Shown here piece by piece: positions 18,798-29,386 of a stretch of DNA of 64,000 nucleotides. Location: positions 320,001 to 384,000 of the forward strand of contig OZ246001.1 of NCBI GenBank assembly GCA_965230295.1. Direction: 5' to 3'. The notes below the pieces were generated by a model that saw only the letters and a program-made list of their open reading frames with translations, was not told the DNA's origin and did not search any database. The position numbers and the translations under genes were made by a program. The stretch is from Marinicella sp. GTDB taxonomy: Bacteria > Pseudomonadota > Gammaproteobacteria > Xanthomonadales > Marinicellaceae. Position 1 is the first letter of the stretch, and every line of letters begins with the position of its first letter.

Positions 18798-19332
18798 AGA
18801 ATGGCTGGCATTTAACGGTGCAGCCAAACTGATTCCTGAGGAAATCACTTTTCAAGCCATGTCAGATAATGACATGGCTTTTTTATCTGAACTTTATCGC
18901 ACCACACGGTGGCAAGAAGTGCAACAGGCACCTTGGAATGACGAACAACGCAAGTCCTTCTTACACCAACAGTTCACCGCCCAACACCAGCATTACCTGA
19001 CTCATTATCCAAATGCACAAAAGTTGCTGATCTTGAAAAATCAACAATGCATAGGCAGGATTTATTTGGACCGTGATGAAGATTCAATCTGCCTGATTGA
19101 TGTGGCCATATTGCCCAATCATCACCGACAAGGAATTGGTACTGCTATATTGAAGGAGTTGCTCACTGAGGCACAGTTGTCACAAAAGAAAGTAATGATC
19201 CATGTTGAAAACTTCAACCCCGCATATCAATGGTATGAAAAACACGGGTTCCGGCAAATTGAAGACAAAGGTGTGTACCAATACATGGAATGGTACCCCA
19301 TACCTAAAGGTCAGGTGAATACAGCCTCATAG
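18790..19332 (+). CDS. GNAT-family N-acetyltransferase
   Basis: DVAILPNHHRQGIGT acetyl-CoA motif; NPAYQWYEKHGF. Confidence 0.92.
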   Translation: MHEEWLAFNGAAKLIPEEITFQAMSDNDMAFLSELYRTTRWQEVQQAPWNDEQRKSFLHQQFTAQHQHYLTHYPNAQKLLILKNQQCIGRIYLDRDEDSICLIDVAILPNHHRQGIGTAILKELLTEAQLSQKKVMIHVENFNPAYQWYEKHGFRQIEDKGVYQYMEWYPIPKGQVNTAS

Positions 19333-19604
19333 TGCACTTCACTGTCATTACCAAAAACAGGAACCAAAAACAAATCGAACTCACCTAATTCCGTGTGACT
19401 GACCCGATAAACCCCTTGTTCATAAACCATTGGATCGGGATTTTTAAACACCACTGAAAACTGCTTTTCACCTTTTTCATTAGGAGTCGCATTTGAAACA
19501 GTGATTTCTTTGATATCACACTTGTCAGGCTGATCTTGAGTGAACTTTATGGAAAAACTATCGTCTTGGTGACTTTCAAACTGATGTAATTGAGGTAGAT
19601 TCAT
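19311..19604 (-). CDS. DUF6916-like protein
   Basis: QFSVVF..EQGVYRVSH..LGEFDLFLVPV..YEAVF, typical of small proteins that accompany tail-collar triplets. Confidence 0.8.
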   Translation of the reverse strand: MNLPQLHQFESHQDDSFSIKFTQDQPDKCDIKEITVSNATPNEKGEKQFSVVFKNPDPMVYEQGVYRVSHTELGEFDLFLVPVFGNDSEVHYEAVFT

Positions 19605-19683
19605 GCTATTGGATAAAAGACAAAATTGATGAATAATTATACATCGTATAACAAAGGTTTTTGCAGCACTTTATCGATCTAAT

Positions 19684-20226
19684 TCAGAACGGATTCAGCG
19701 TAAATCCTTGTTGTTGCAGCTGAGCATGTGCTGTCATGGCAGACAGAGACATTTTGATGCCAGGCAGCAAGTCTTCTGTTTTGACTCCATAGTAAGCAGC
19801 GCTTTGGCCACAAACATAAAACTGAACGCCCTTTTCTTGTAAAGCTTTTATCAATGTGGCATGGCTTTTCTTATCAATCGACTGAGTACTGTCGTGGCTG
19901 GATTGACTGACATCTTTAACAGCTCCACCATGAATGACGACTGCCAATTCAATATTCTCCACAGGAACGCCAGCCGCCGTGTGCATATTAATAAAACGAG
20001 CCGCACTTTCGATAGATCGGTTGATATCACCTGCATTGGCCGCTTTTGCCACATCGAAACTGATTCTGAATGTACTCCCAGAATCAATAGGTAGCCTACC
20101 CGGAACATCGGCATACATGCCAAAATCCGGAATGGTTGTTCCCGCTTTGAACTTGTCCAGTTGGGCCATGGGTTGATTGCTTACCAACACCAGAAAAAAC
20201 AGCATTAAGGATTTTGATTTGAACAT
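19684..20226 (-). CDS. Exported DsrE-family protein
   Basis: Signal peptide; ARFINMH, AVVIHG, GVQFYVCGQSA. Confidence 0.85.
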   Translation of the reverse strand: MFKSKSLMLFFLVLVSNQPMAQLDKFKAGTTIPDFGMYADVPGRLPIDSGSTFRISFDVAKAANAGDINRSIESAARFINMHTAAGVPVENIELAVVIHGGAVKDVSQSSHDSTQSIDKKSHATLIKALQEKGVQFYVCGQSAAYYGVKTEDLLPGIKMSLSAMTAHAQLQQQGFTLNPF

Positions 20227-20244
20227 TCAATAGCTCCTGTTTCT

Positions 20245-22530
20245 TTATTCAACGGATGGTGGCGGTGGTGCCAATACCTCTCTGGCACCATTGTGAGCTG
20301 GTGCCGAAACCACACCATTTTCCTCTAATTGTTCTACGATGGTTGCAGCCCTGTTATAACCGACCCTTAGGCGGCGTTGTACATAAGAGATGGATGCTTT
20401 GCGACTCTCAGTCACCACGAATACGGCCTTGTCATACAGCTCATCCACATCTGACTCAGCACGCTCAGGAACACCTGTTTCATTCAGCATTTGTCCATCG
20501 TCAGTCAATTGTACATTGTCCAATATGCCTTCTTGATACTCAGCCTCATAATGACTGGTTAAATAATTCACCACAGAATGCACTTCATGATCATCCACAA
20601 AAGCACCATGAACCCGATCAGGTTGTGCTTTGCCAGGTGGTAAATACAACATATCACCATGACCCAATAACATTTCTGCACCTCCTTGATCTAAGATGGT
20701 TCTGGAATCTATCCTGGACGACACTTGGAAAGCCATTCTGGTTGGTATATTGGCTTTTATCAATCCGGTGATGACATCGACAGAAGGTCTTTGAGTGGCA
20801 AGAATCAAATGCACACCTGCTGCCCTGGCTTTTTGGGCCAATCGGGCAATCAACTCTTCGACTTTCTTACCCACAATCATCATCATGTCAGCAAATTCAT
20901 CAATCACGACCACAATATAAGGCAAAGGCTTAATCGCCTCCTGCACGGTCCCAATTGGGGCAGTGGTCTCATCGAAGAACGGGTCCATGATCGGTTCACC
21001 CGAATCAATGGCTTTTTGTATCTTTTTATTGAACCCAGCCAAGTTACGCACACCCATGGCTGCCATCAACTTATAACGACGTTCCATTTCAGCCACACAC
21101 CAACGCAATGCATTGGCCGCTTCTTTCATATCAGTAACCACCGGTGCCAACAGATGGGGGATACCTTCATAAATCGAAAGCTCCAGCATTTTGGGATCGA
21201 CCATGATCATCCTGACCTGCTCGGGACTGGCTTTGTAAAGCAAAGAAATGATCATGGAGTTTACTGCCACAGATTTACCAGATCCAGTGGTACCTGCCAC
21301 CAGTAAATGTGGCATTTTTGCTATGTCAGCAATCACCGGGTTACCACCGATGCTTTTGCCCATGGCCAAAGTCAAAGGAGATCGTGATTTGTCAAAACTG
21401 ACTGACCGCAGGATTTCACTGAGATAAACGATTTCCCTGCTGGCATTGGGTATTTCAATCCCAATGTATGGTTTACCAGGAATCACATCTACGATCCTGA
21501 CACTGGTGATCGACAACCCGCGAGCCAGATCTTTGGCCAAACCCATTATCTTGCTGGCTTTGATGCCAGCCGATGGATTCACTTCAAAACGGGTGATGAC
21601 AGGGCCCGGATAAACACCCACAACTTCAGCTTTGACTTTATAATCCGCTAACTTAAGTTCTAACTGTCTGGACAATACTTCCAGCTCCTCGTTGGAATAG
21701 CCAAACTCCTGACTTGGAGGATTATCTAACAAGGATAAAGGGGGTAATTTTCCGGCCGGTAAAGCATGAAACAAGTTCATTTGCTTCTCTTTACTTGAAC
21801 GTTTGCTTTCAACCACCTCATGATCAAACTCTTTGATCACAATAGGTTCTCTTTTTTGTTGGATTTCAGCATCAATTTTTCGCACCACTTCGCGTTCTGT
21901 TCGGGCTTTTTTACCCGCACGCCAATCCTTGAAATGATCCCATTTCAGCCCCAGCCATTGAACAAAGCGAACGGTGAATTGCCCGACTTTATCAGCCAAC
22001 CCAATCCAGGACAGCCCGGTAAACAAGGTAATCCCTGCCAGAAAAGTGGCAGCCAGGATCAGTGAGGCACCAATGCCTCCAAATCCAGAATAGACTGAAC
22101 TACCAACCACATCACCAATGATGCCTCCGCCAGAAAAAGGCATTTCGCCAGTATCCGCGTGCAAATGTGACAGGCCACATCCGGTTAACAAGGTGGCCAC
22201 AAAACCCAATAACTTTATGGTGGTGTCCAACCAACTGTCTTCAACATCTGATTGGTCCTGATACATGCGCCATGCAATGTACAACAGACCTACGGGGATG
22301 AAATAGGCAAAATAACCCAAAAAATGCAACAGAAAATCGGCTATATAAGCACCTGTTAGGCCGCCTAAATTATTAATCTTTGTGACATCTGAAGTGGCAA
22401 AAGAGCCAGGATCTTGGGGGTTATAGGTCGATAGAGACAGCAGAAAATAGGCCGCAACCGGAACGATGATGAATACCAGAGATTCCCTGACTCGATTTCT
22501 GACTTGTTTGGATACTTGGTTCAACAGCAC
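20245..22530 (-). CDS. ftsK: DNA translocase FtsK
   Basis: 4TM N-terminus, [33 protein letters not shown], gamma domain RVGYNRAA. Confidence 0.98.
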   Translation of the reverse strand: MLLNQVSKQVRNRVRESLVFIIVPVAAYFLLSLSTYNPQDPGSFATSDVTKINNLGGLTGAYIADFLLHFLGYFAYFIPVGLLYIAWRMYQDQSDVEDSWLDTTIKLLGFVATLLTGCGLSHLHADTGEMPFSGGGIIGDVVGSSVYSGFGGIGASLILAATFLAGITLFTGLSWIGLADKVGQFTVRFVQWLGLKWDHFKDWRAGKKARTEREVVRKIDAEIQQKREPIVIKEFDHEVVESKRSSKEKQMNLFHALPAGKLPPLSLLDNPPSQEFGYSNEELEVLSRQLELKLADYKVKAEVVGVYPGPVITRFEVNPSAGIKASKIMGLAKDLARGLSITSVRIVDVIPGKPYIGIEIPNASREIVYLSEILRSVSFDKSRSPLTLAMGKSIGGNPVIADIAKMPHLLVAGTTGSGKSVAVNSMIISLLYKASPEQVRMIMVDPKMLELSIYEGIPHLLAPVVTDMKEAANALRWCVAEMERRYKLMAAMGVRNLAGFNKKIQKAIDSGEPIMDPFFDETTAPIGTVQEAIKPLPYIVVVIDEFADMMMIVGKKVEELIARLAQKARAAGVHLILATQRPSVDVITGLIKANIPTRMAFQVSSRIDSRTILDQGGAEMLLGHGDMLYLPPGKAQPDRVHGAFVDDHEVHSVVNYLTSHYEAEYQEGILDNVQLTDDGQMLNETGVPERAESDVDELYDKAVFVVTESRKASISYVQRRLRVGYNRAATIVEQLEENGVVSAPAHNGAREVLAPPPPSVE

Positions 22531-22608
22531 TCACATAAATGGATTGAATAAGGCACTAAGGATAAGCCTTAATGCCTCAACATTCAATGCATCAATGCAT
22601 CAATTATT

Positions 22609-23667
22609 TCAGTCCATCAATGCTGGATGAACAATTTTACCGGCTTGTACGTTGATGCCTTTCTGTAAAGAAGGTACAGCTTCCCAGCCGGCTTGCGATA
22701 ACCGTTGCACATAAGGCAAAATCGCTGCTGAAATGGCATGTGTAGAAGTCCGGGGAACAGCACCTGGCATGTTGGTGACAGAAAAATGTACCACACCGTG
22801 TTCAGTGAAGGTAGGTTCTGCCCAAGTGGTTGGTCTGGTGGTCTCAACACAGCCACCTTGGTCCACTGAAATATCAGCAATCACAGATCCAGGTTCCATA
22901 CCTTTGACCATTTCTTCGGTAATCACATGTGGGGCTTTTGCACCAGTTACCAAAACGGCACCAATGACCAGATCTGCATTTGAGATTTCACTGGCCACCA
23001 ACTCTTGATAAGGATACAAGGCAGTCACATTGGAGCCCATCGCCATCATTTCTGCCAAGCGGTCTTGGCGCTTATCAAAAACCACCACATTGGCACCACT
23101 GGCTGCAGCCAGGGCTGCTGAGTTACCGCCTGCAGCACCACCACCCAACACCACGACTTTACCGCGCTCGGTTGATGGCAAGCCACCTAATAACAAACCT
23201 TTTCCTCCTAAGGGATGGTGCAAGGTATGGGTACCCACTTGGGTGGCAATTTTACCAGCAATGATACTCATAGGTGCCAACAAAGGCAGTGATCCATCAG
23301 CATCTTCAACAGTTTCAAATGCCACACCAGTTAAACCAATGTCTAACAAAGATTGGGTCAAATCAGGCTCAGCTGCCAAATGCAGGTAACAGAACAACAA
23401 GTGGCCTTCTCTGAGGTATTTCAAATCGCCAGCAATCGGCTCTTTGACTTTAACCACCATCTCAGCAACACCATACAAACTTTCCGCATCGGGCTGGATG
23501 TTAGCCCCTGCTCTAACATAATCGTCATCTGAAAAGCCACTCATCAATCCAGCAGTGGATTGTATATGAACTTCATTGCCAGCCCTGACTAAGTCAGCCA
23601 CTGCTGCCGGTACCAAAGCCACTCGACCCTCGAGTGTTTTGGTTTCTTTTGGAATACCAATTCTCAT
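22609..23667 (-). CDS. ald: Alanine dehydrogenase
   Basis: MRIGIPKE start (ATG 23667), EGRVALVP, KVKEP, ISVDQGGC, NMPGAVPRTST. Confidence 0.95.
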   Translation of the reverse strand: MRIGIPKETKTLEGRVALVPAAVADLVRAGNEVHIQSTAGLMSGFSDDDYVRAGANIQPDAESLYGVAEMVVKVKEPIAGDLKYLREGHLLFCYLHLAAEPDLTQSLLDIGLTGVAFETVEDADGSLPLLAPMSIIAGKIATQVGTHTLHHPLGGKGLLLGGLPSTERGKVVVLGGGAAGGNSAALAAASGANVVVFDKRQDRLAEMMAMGSNVTALYPYQELVASEISNADLVIGAVLVTGAKAPHVITEEMVKGMEPGSVIADISVDQGGCVETTRPTTWAEPTFTEHGVVHFSVTNMPGAVPRTSTHAISAAILPYVQRLSQAGWEAVPSLQKGINVQAGKIVHPALMD

Positions 23668-23911
23668 CTTTCTGCGTCCCCACAAAAGGTAAATTTACGA
23701 TCAGCTTTCAAAATACCTGGTCTGATCATTAGTCACGTGCAAGTCAGGCTTGCACACTGTATTGCATAGGCCGCACATTTTATCTTAATCCAATCAGATA
23801 GAACAAACGATTTATCACTTCTGAACAGTAAATTGAATCGGTTTTTTACTTAACAAGCATGTACTGGCTATTGAATGCCGTTTGATGATGTTAGTTTAAG
23901 CCGCAAACAGT

Positions 23912-25111
23912 TTAATTCACGGGATCGAATCCACTCATGAAGATCAAATCACCGTCAAAATCTGCATCGTTGATTTCGACGACTTGTGAAGATGTTGTGT
24001 AGAATATCCTGCCGTCTTCAGCCTCACCAAACCCAAAAATGCTGCCTGAAACGTCAGTCAACAATTGTGATGACCAAACACCAGGCGTGTTTTCAGTTCC
24101 AAGGAAGATCTCTCCAGTACAAAAATCTGCGTATAAATAACTGCCATACCAAGTGGTTTCTTGACCGCGATAACGATAGCCACCTGTAATTGAGCATCGT
24201 CCCTGTGTATGTGAATACTCTAATACCGGATCTACGAATGTACCAGTGCAGTTGCCTGGCCCGGTGATAGAACCTTCTCTGCAATTCCAACCATAGTTTT
24301 CACCACCCATAGATGTGGCTGATTGAAAATCGATTTCTTCTCTGCTGCCTGCTCCCACATCTGCAATCAGGATGTCACCTGTGTCTCGGTCCATACTGAA
24401 TCGATAGGGATTGCGAAAGCCAATCGCCCATATTTCATCAAGCTCAGGTGAACCAATAAAAGGGTTACTGGCAGGAATTTCATATGCTGTGACCACAGGA
24501 TCTTCAACACTGGGATCTATTCTGAGCATCTTCCCCAGTAAATTACTGATGTTTTGCGAGGTGCTGCTCGAAGCGCCCCCGTCACCCAACGCAATGTATA
24601 AAAAACCATCATGACCAAAATGTAAATCACCACCATTGTGGTTGCCAGCTGGCTGGCCTATGGTTATGATTTCAACACCAGAGTTGACATCAGCCACATC
24701 AGGATCCATGTCATCCACTTCGTATCTGGCAATCACGGTAGTCAATGAATCACCTCCAGTCCCTGTTCGGGTGTAGTTGACATAGAAAAAACCATTATTG
24801 GCGTAATCCGGGTGAAAGGCCAAGCCCAATAGTCCACCTTCAAAAAAGGTATCTACCAAAGATGTGATGTCTAAAAATATGCTCGAAGTTGAAGTATTAC
24901 TTGGATCAATTAAACGGATTCTTCCAGAACGTTCGATAACAAACAATCGGTTGCTACCATCACCAGCATTTCTGACACCTAAGGGTGTACTGAAACTTCC
25001 ACCAATTGGGTTGAACTCGGGGTTCAAAGGCAGCCCTCCTGCCGTAACCTTGATTGTAAAGAACATCATCAGTATTAAAATCATCAAACGTGTCATCATC
25101 ATCTCCTGCAA
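23912..25111 (-). CDS. Exported PQQ-dependent sugar dehydrogenase family (glucose/sorbosone dehydrogenase) protein
   Basis: EGGLLGLAFHPDY, NHNGG, LYIALGDGG, GFRNPYRFS; ends DLIFMSGFDPVN. Confidence 0.9.
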   Translation of the reverse strand: MQEMMMTRLMILILMMFFTIKVTAGGLPLNPEFNPIGGSFSTPLGVRNAGDGSNRLFVIERSGRIRLIDPSNTSTSSIFLDITSLVDTFFEGGLLGLAFHPDYANNGFFYVNYTRTGTGGDSLTTVIARYEVDDMDPDVADVNSGVEIITIGQPAGNHNGGDLHFGHDGFLYIALGDGGASSSTSQNISNLLGKMLRIDPSVEDPVVTAYEIPASNPFIGSPELDEIWAIGFRNPYRFSMDRDTGDILIADVGAGSREEIDFQSATSMGGENYGWNCREGSITGPGNCTGTFVDPVLEYSHTQGRCSITGGYRYRGQETTWYGSYLYADFCTGEIFLGTENTPGVWSSQLLTDVSGSIFGFGEAEDGRIFYTTSSQVVEINDADFDGDLIFMSGFDPVN

Positions 25112-25357
25112 AATATAGTTTACTCAAATAATAAAACGAGAACTGCCTACATGTCCGTACACAGTACCGATCATAAATTTAGTCTAAATGGCATGTTAAT
25201 TTCGTTACAGAACTCTCAAATACAGAATTATTTTTGCTTGTTTGATCACGTCACTTACCATCTAGCCGCACAGCGGTTAATTTATCTGCTTATCATAGAT
25301 AAATCCAATCATCATGACACATTTATTCTAATTTACAATTTTGTCTCTTAGGTATAA

Positions 25358-26347
<990 letters not shown>

Positions 26348-26403
26348 TATTGATATGATTGTGGGTGGATTGAAATACCTTCAACCTACAGTCTGTTGAA
26401 CTG

Positions 26404-27045
26404 ATGATATTACCTTGTGTCGATGGTGAAATGGATTTTCCACCGGTCGAAAGCGCATTGAATGACCCTGATGGCTTGCTCTGCTTTGGTGGTGATTTGT
26501 CAGTTAAAAGGCTCAAAGCTGCTTATCACAAAGGTATTTTTCCTTGGTATTCTGCTGGAGAACCCATATTATGGTGGTCTCCAGCAATGCGCATGGTGTT
26601 GAACCCACAGCACTTACACATCAGCAAAAGCCTGCAAAAATCCATCAATAAATACCAACCTAAATTTTTCTTCAATCGCAACTTCCACGCCGTGATAAAA
26701 CAGTGTGCACAAGTACCGAGAAAAGATCAGGGCACCTGGATTCACGTTGAGATGATTGAAGCCTACTGCGCCATGTACGATGCCGGGCTGGCGTTTTGTC
26801 TTGAAGTTGAAATCAACGAACAATTGGCAGGTGGTATATACGGGATTGTGGCCAATCAGGTTTTCTGTGGTGAATCCATGTTCTCAATAACCACCAATGG
26901 ATCTAAATATGCCATGTATGGCCTTTGCCAGCATATGCTTGAACATGACATCACATTATTGGATTGTCAATTGCACAATACACACCTCGAATCTTTAGGA
27001 GCCAAGTTGATCCCGCGTGCAAAATTCATTCAATATTTAGGTTAA
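26404..27045 (+). CDS. aat: Leucyl/phenylalanyl-tRNA--protein transferase
   Basis: GLLCFGGDL, GIFPWYS, WWSP, FCGESMFS, LDCQ. Confidence 0.95.
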   Translation: MILPCVDGEMDFPPVESALNDPDGLLCFGGDLSVKRLKAAYHKGIFPWYSAGEPILWWSPAMRMVLNPQHLHISKSLQKSINKYQPKFFFNRNFHAVIKQCAQVPRKDQGTWIHVEMIEAYCAMYDAGLAFCLEVEINEQLAGGIYGIVANQVFCGESMFSITTNGSKYAMYGLCQHMLEHDITLLDCQLHNTHLESLGAKLIPRAKFIQYLG

Positions 27046-27968
27046 TCTGTAGATGACTTCAACCGCATTGGAATCGGCACCCCGCAGGCATCCATGTAGT
27101 CATGTTGATAAACAAACCATTCTCCTGTGCGATTTTTACGCGACTCAAGTAATTGCTTGAAGGATTTTGACTGAGAATCCAACACCTCAATCGCTGTCCT
27201 TTGACTGACAGGCAAATCTGCCGAAACCTTTATGTTTTTTATGGTGTTTTTACCTGACATATCTACCGGGCCGTTGAGTCCGCTGCTTCGATGCAAGGCC
27301 TGGATGTGTTGCATCCCTGAAACCACCCGGCCAAAGACTGTGGTGTTGCGATCCAAATATCGCTGGGCCGGGCCATTGATGATATACAATTCAGTGCCGC
27401 CGCTGTCAGCTTCATTGGCGCGTCCCATGGCAAAAGCACCATAACAATGTAACAACCAAGTTTCGTTACTGGTCAAGTCTTTCCCAACCGCATAACTTTT
27501 CAAGAAACCTGTTTGATCGGCATAACCATCATTCTCATCAAATGCAGTGTAGGCACTGCCTAAATCCCCGTTCCAAGTGAACTCAGCAGGTACGTTGAAT
27601 GAACCAGCTGTTAGTTCAGGTTTTTCCGCATCTGTTGCATACATGGGACCGCCTTGTGCCACAAACGCATCTAAAACACGGTAAAAATTTGTACCATCAA
27701 AAATCCCTTGTCGAACCAGTTGTTTGGTGTTCTCCACATGCAATGGTGCCAACTCAGGCACCAACTCAATCACAACAACGCCGGTTTCCAGGGTCATTTG
27801 GAGGGTGTTTTCAGGGTCAATCTGTCGCCACTCTTCAGGTAAAGAAGCACTGACCACCGTTCCAGGTGTTAATTGTTTGGTCTTCGGTGGTTCAGGCGCT
27901 GTTTTGACAGCCAGAGATTGATGACAGCCTGATAAGGCCAACATGATGAGCAAAATTATGAATTTCAT
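27042..27968 (-). CDS. Cyclophilin-type peptidyl-prolyl isomerase, lipoprotein
   Basis: Lipobox LSGC; APLHVEN, FYRV..FVAQGG, RYLDRNTTVFGRVVSGM. Confidence 0.88.
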   Translation of the reverse strand: MKFIILLIMLALSGCHQSLAVKTAPEPPKTKQLTPGTVVSASLPEEWRQIDPENTLQMTLETGVVVIELVPELAPLHVENTKQLVRQGIFDGTNFYRVLDAFVAQGGPMYATDAEKPELTAGSFNVPAEFTWNGDLGSAYTAFDENDGYADQTGFLKSYAVGKDLTSNETWLLHCYGAFAMGRANEADSGGTELYIINGPAQRYLDRNTTVFGRVVSGMQHIQALHRSSGLNGPVDMSGKNTIKNIKVSADLPVSQRTAIEVLDSQSKSFKQLLESRKNRTGEWFVYQHDYMDACGVPIPMRLKSSTD

Positions 27969-28074
27969 GGCATTTGAACTGAAAATAAAACCATAATATA
28001 ACGCAGATGAACAGTTTTGAGAATCTTGAATCAGATGTAAGCAGGAATGATTGACACTCCTGAATTGAATTGCA

Positions 28075-28608
28075 CTATGAAATACAGTCAGGCTCGTTTA
28101 ATTGATACCTGAAGCTGAGTACTTTTTGACCATTGATGGTCAGATACCTGAATCGCCCAGCTTGGTAGTTAAGGTACTTGCGGTGTTTGCGATGAACCCG
28201 ACGAAACATGATTTCCTGGTGGTTATCCAAAGTAGCAAACAGCAGGTACTTGTACCCTATGGCAGCATGAACTTGAGCCGATTCTGACTTGAGGTGTTCA
28301 CCAAAATCTGCTTTGAATTCATGTGCCATGGCTTTGAAATGTGGGCCGTGGCCGTGCTGCAATCCGGCACATAAATGTGCCAATTCATGTCGGATGGTGG
28401 CATCAAGCAATTGCATGGCCTCAGTACCAACAAATGCCTGGTTGACATAGACCCAGCCATCAATGTCAGCCATGCCATATTTGGTCTTGTGATGAGTGAC
28501 TTTGATACCTTGTGGTTCATGACACCATTGCGCAACTGGCATCTGCAATGCCAACTCAGTCAAAACCAGCTGAAAACGGTCTTCAATATATCGCCAATTG
28601 ATCATCAT
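28075..28608 (-). CDS. SprT-like zinc metalloprotease domain protein
   Basis: TIRHELAH and GHGPHFK; ATG 28608 preferred over TTG 28620. Confidence 0.75.
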   Translation of the reverse strand: MMINWRYIEDRFQLVLTELALQMPVAQWCHEPQGIKVTHHKTKYGMADIDGWVYVNQAFVGTEAMQLLDATIRHELAHLCAGLQHGHGPHFKAMAHEFKADFGEHLKSESAQVHAAIGYKYLLFATLDNHQEIMFRRVHRKHRKYLNYQAGRFRYLTINGQKVLSFRYQLNEPDCIS

Positions 28609-28618
28609 GTCATCCCAC

Positions 28619-28652
28619 AAAAAACGGCCTGAAAGTCTAAACTTTCAAGCCG
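28619..28652 (-). terminator. Rho-independent terminator after the peroxiredoxin gene
   Basis: Stem CGGCCTGAAAGT/ACTTTCAAGCCG with A-run on the left (U-tract on the minus strand). Confidence 0.6.
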
Positions 28653-28708
28653 CTAAGCGCTGTTTCGAGGTCAAAGTAAACAGCGTTAGGTGGGTAAGTA
28701 TGTATAGA

Positions 28709-29314
28709 TTACAACTTACCGGATTCTGATGATAAGTATTCGGCAACGCCATCGGGTGATGCATCCATACCTTTGTCACCATCTTGCCAACCTGCTGGAC
28801 AAACTTCGCCATGTTCTTCATGGAAAATCAAAGCATCGACCATGCGCAGCATTTCGTCTACATTTCTACCTAAAGGTAAATCATTGATCACTTGGTGACG
28901 AACCACATTGTCTTTGTCAATCAAAAACGAGCCGCGAAAAGCCACTGCACCATCTGGTGTTTCAACGTCATATTTTTTACAAGCTTTGTGAGTCACGTCT
29001 GCAAACATGGTGTACTTGACTGGTCCAATACCGCCTTGGTTAATCGGTGTGTTACGCCAAGCATTGTGAGTGAATTGTGAATCAATTGAAACAGCAACCA
29101 CTTCAACACCACGTTTGGTGAATTCATCCATGCGATGATCAAAAGCAATCAACTCAGAAGGACAAACAAAAGTGAAATCCAAAGGATAGAAGAAAACCAC
29201 TTTGATCTTACCTTCTGTGGCTTTTTTAAAGTTGTAATCATCAACTATTTCACCATTGCCTAAGACTGCTGCACCTTTTAAATTAGGTGCTTTTCTGCCG
29301 ACTAATACGCCCAT
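28709..29314 (-). CDS. 2-Cys peroxiredoxin (AhpC/TSA family)
   Basis: FFYPLDFTFVCPSE and GEVCPAGW. Confidence 0.96.
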   Translation of the reverse strand: MGVLVGRKAPNLKGAAVLGNGEIVDDYNFKKATEGKIKVVFFYPLDFTFVCPSELIAFDHRMDEFTKRGVEVVAVSIDSQFTHNAWRNTPINQGGIGPVKYTMFADVTHKACKKYDVETPDGAVAFRGSFLIDKDNVVRHQVINDLPLGRNVDEMLRMVDALIFHEEHGEVCPAGWQDGDKGMDASPDGVAEYLSSESGKL

Positions 29315-29386
29315 AAAAATCTCCAAATAATTTTGTGTTAAAAACTATATTTTAGTCCAATATGTACAGTAAATATATTGCGAAAT

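Noticed and set aside
23737-23755. Inverted repeat GTGCAAG-N5-CTTGCAC upstream of ald
   Set aside because: Single occurrence and no regulator can be assigned; too weak to call.
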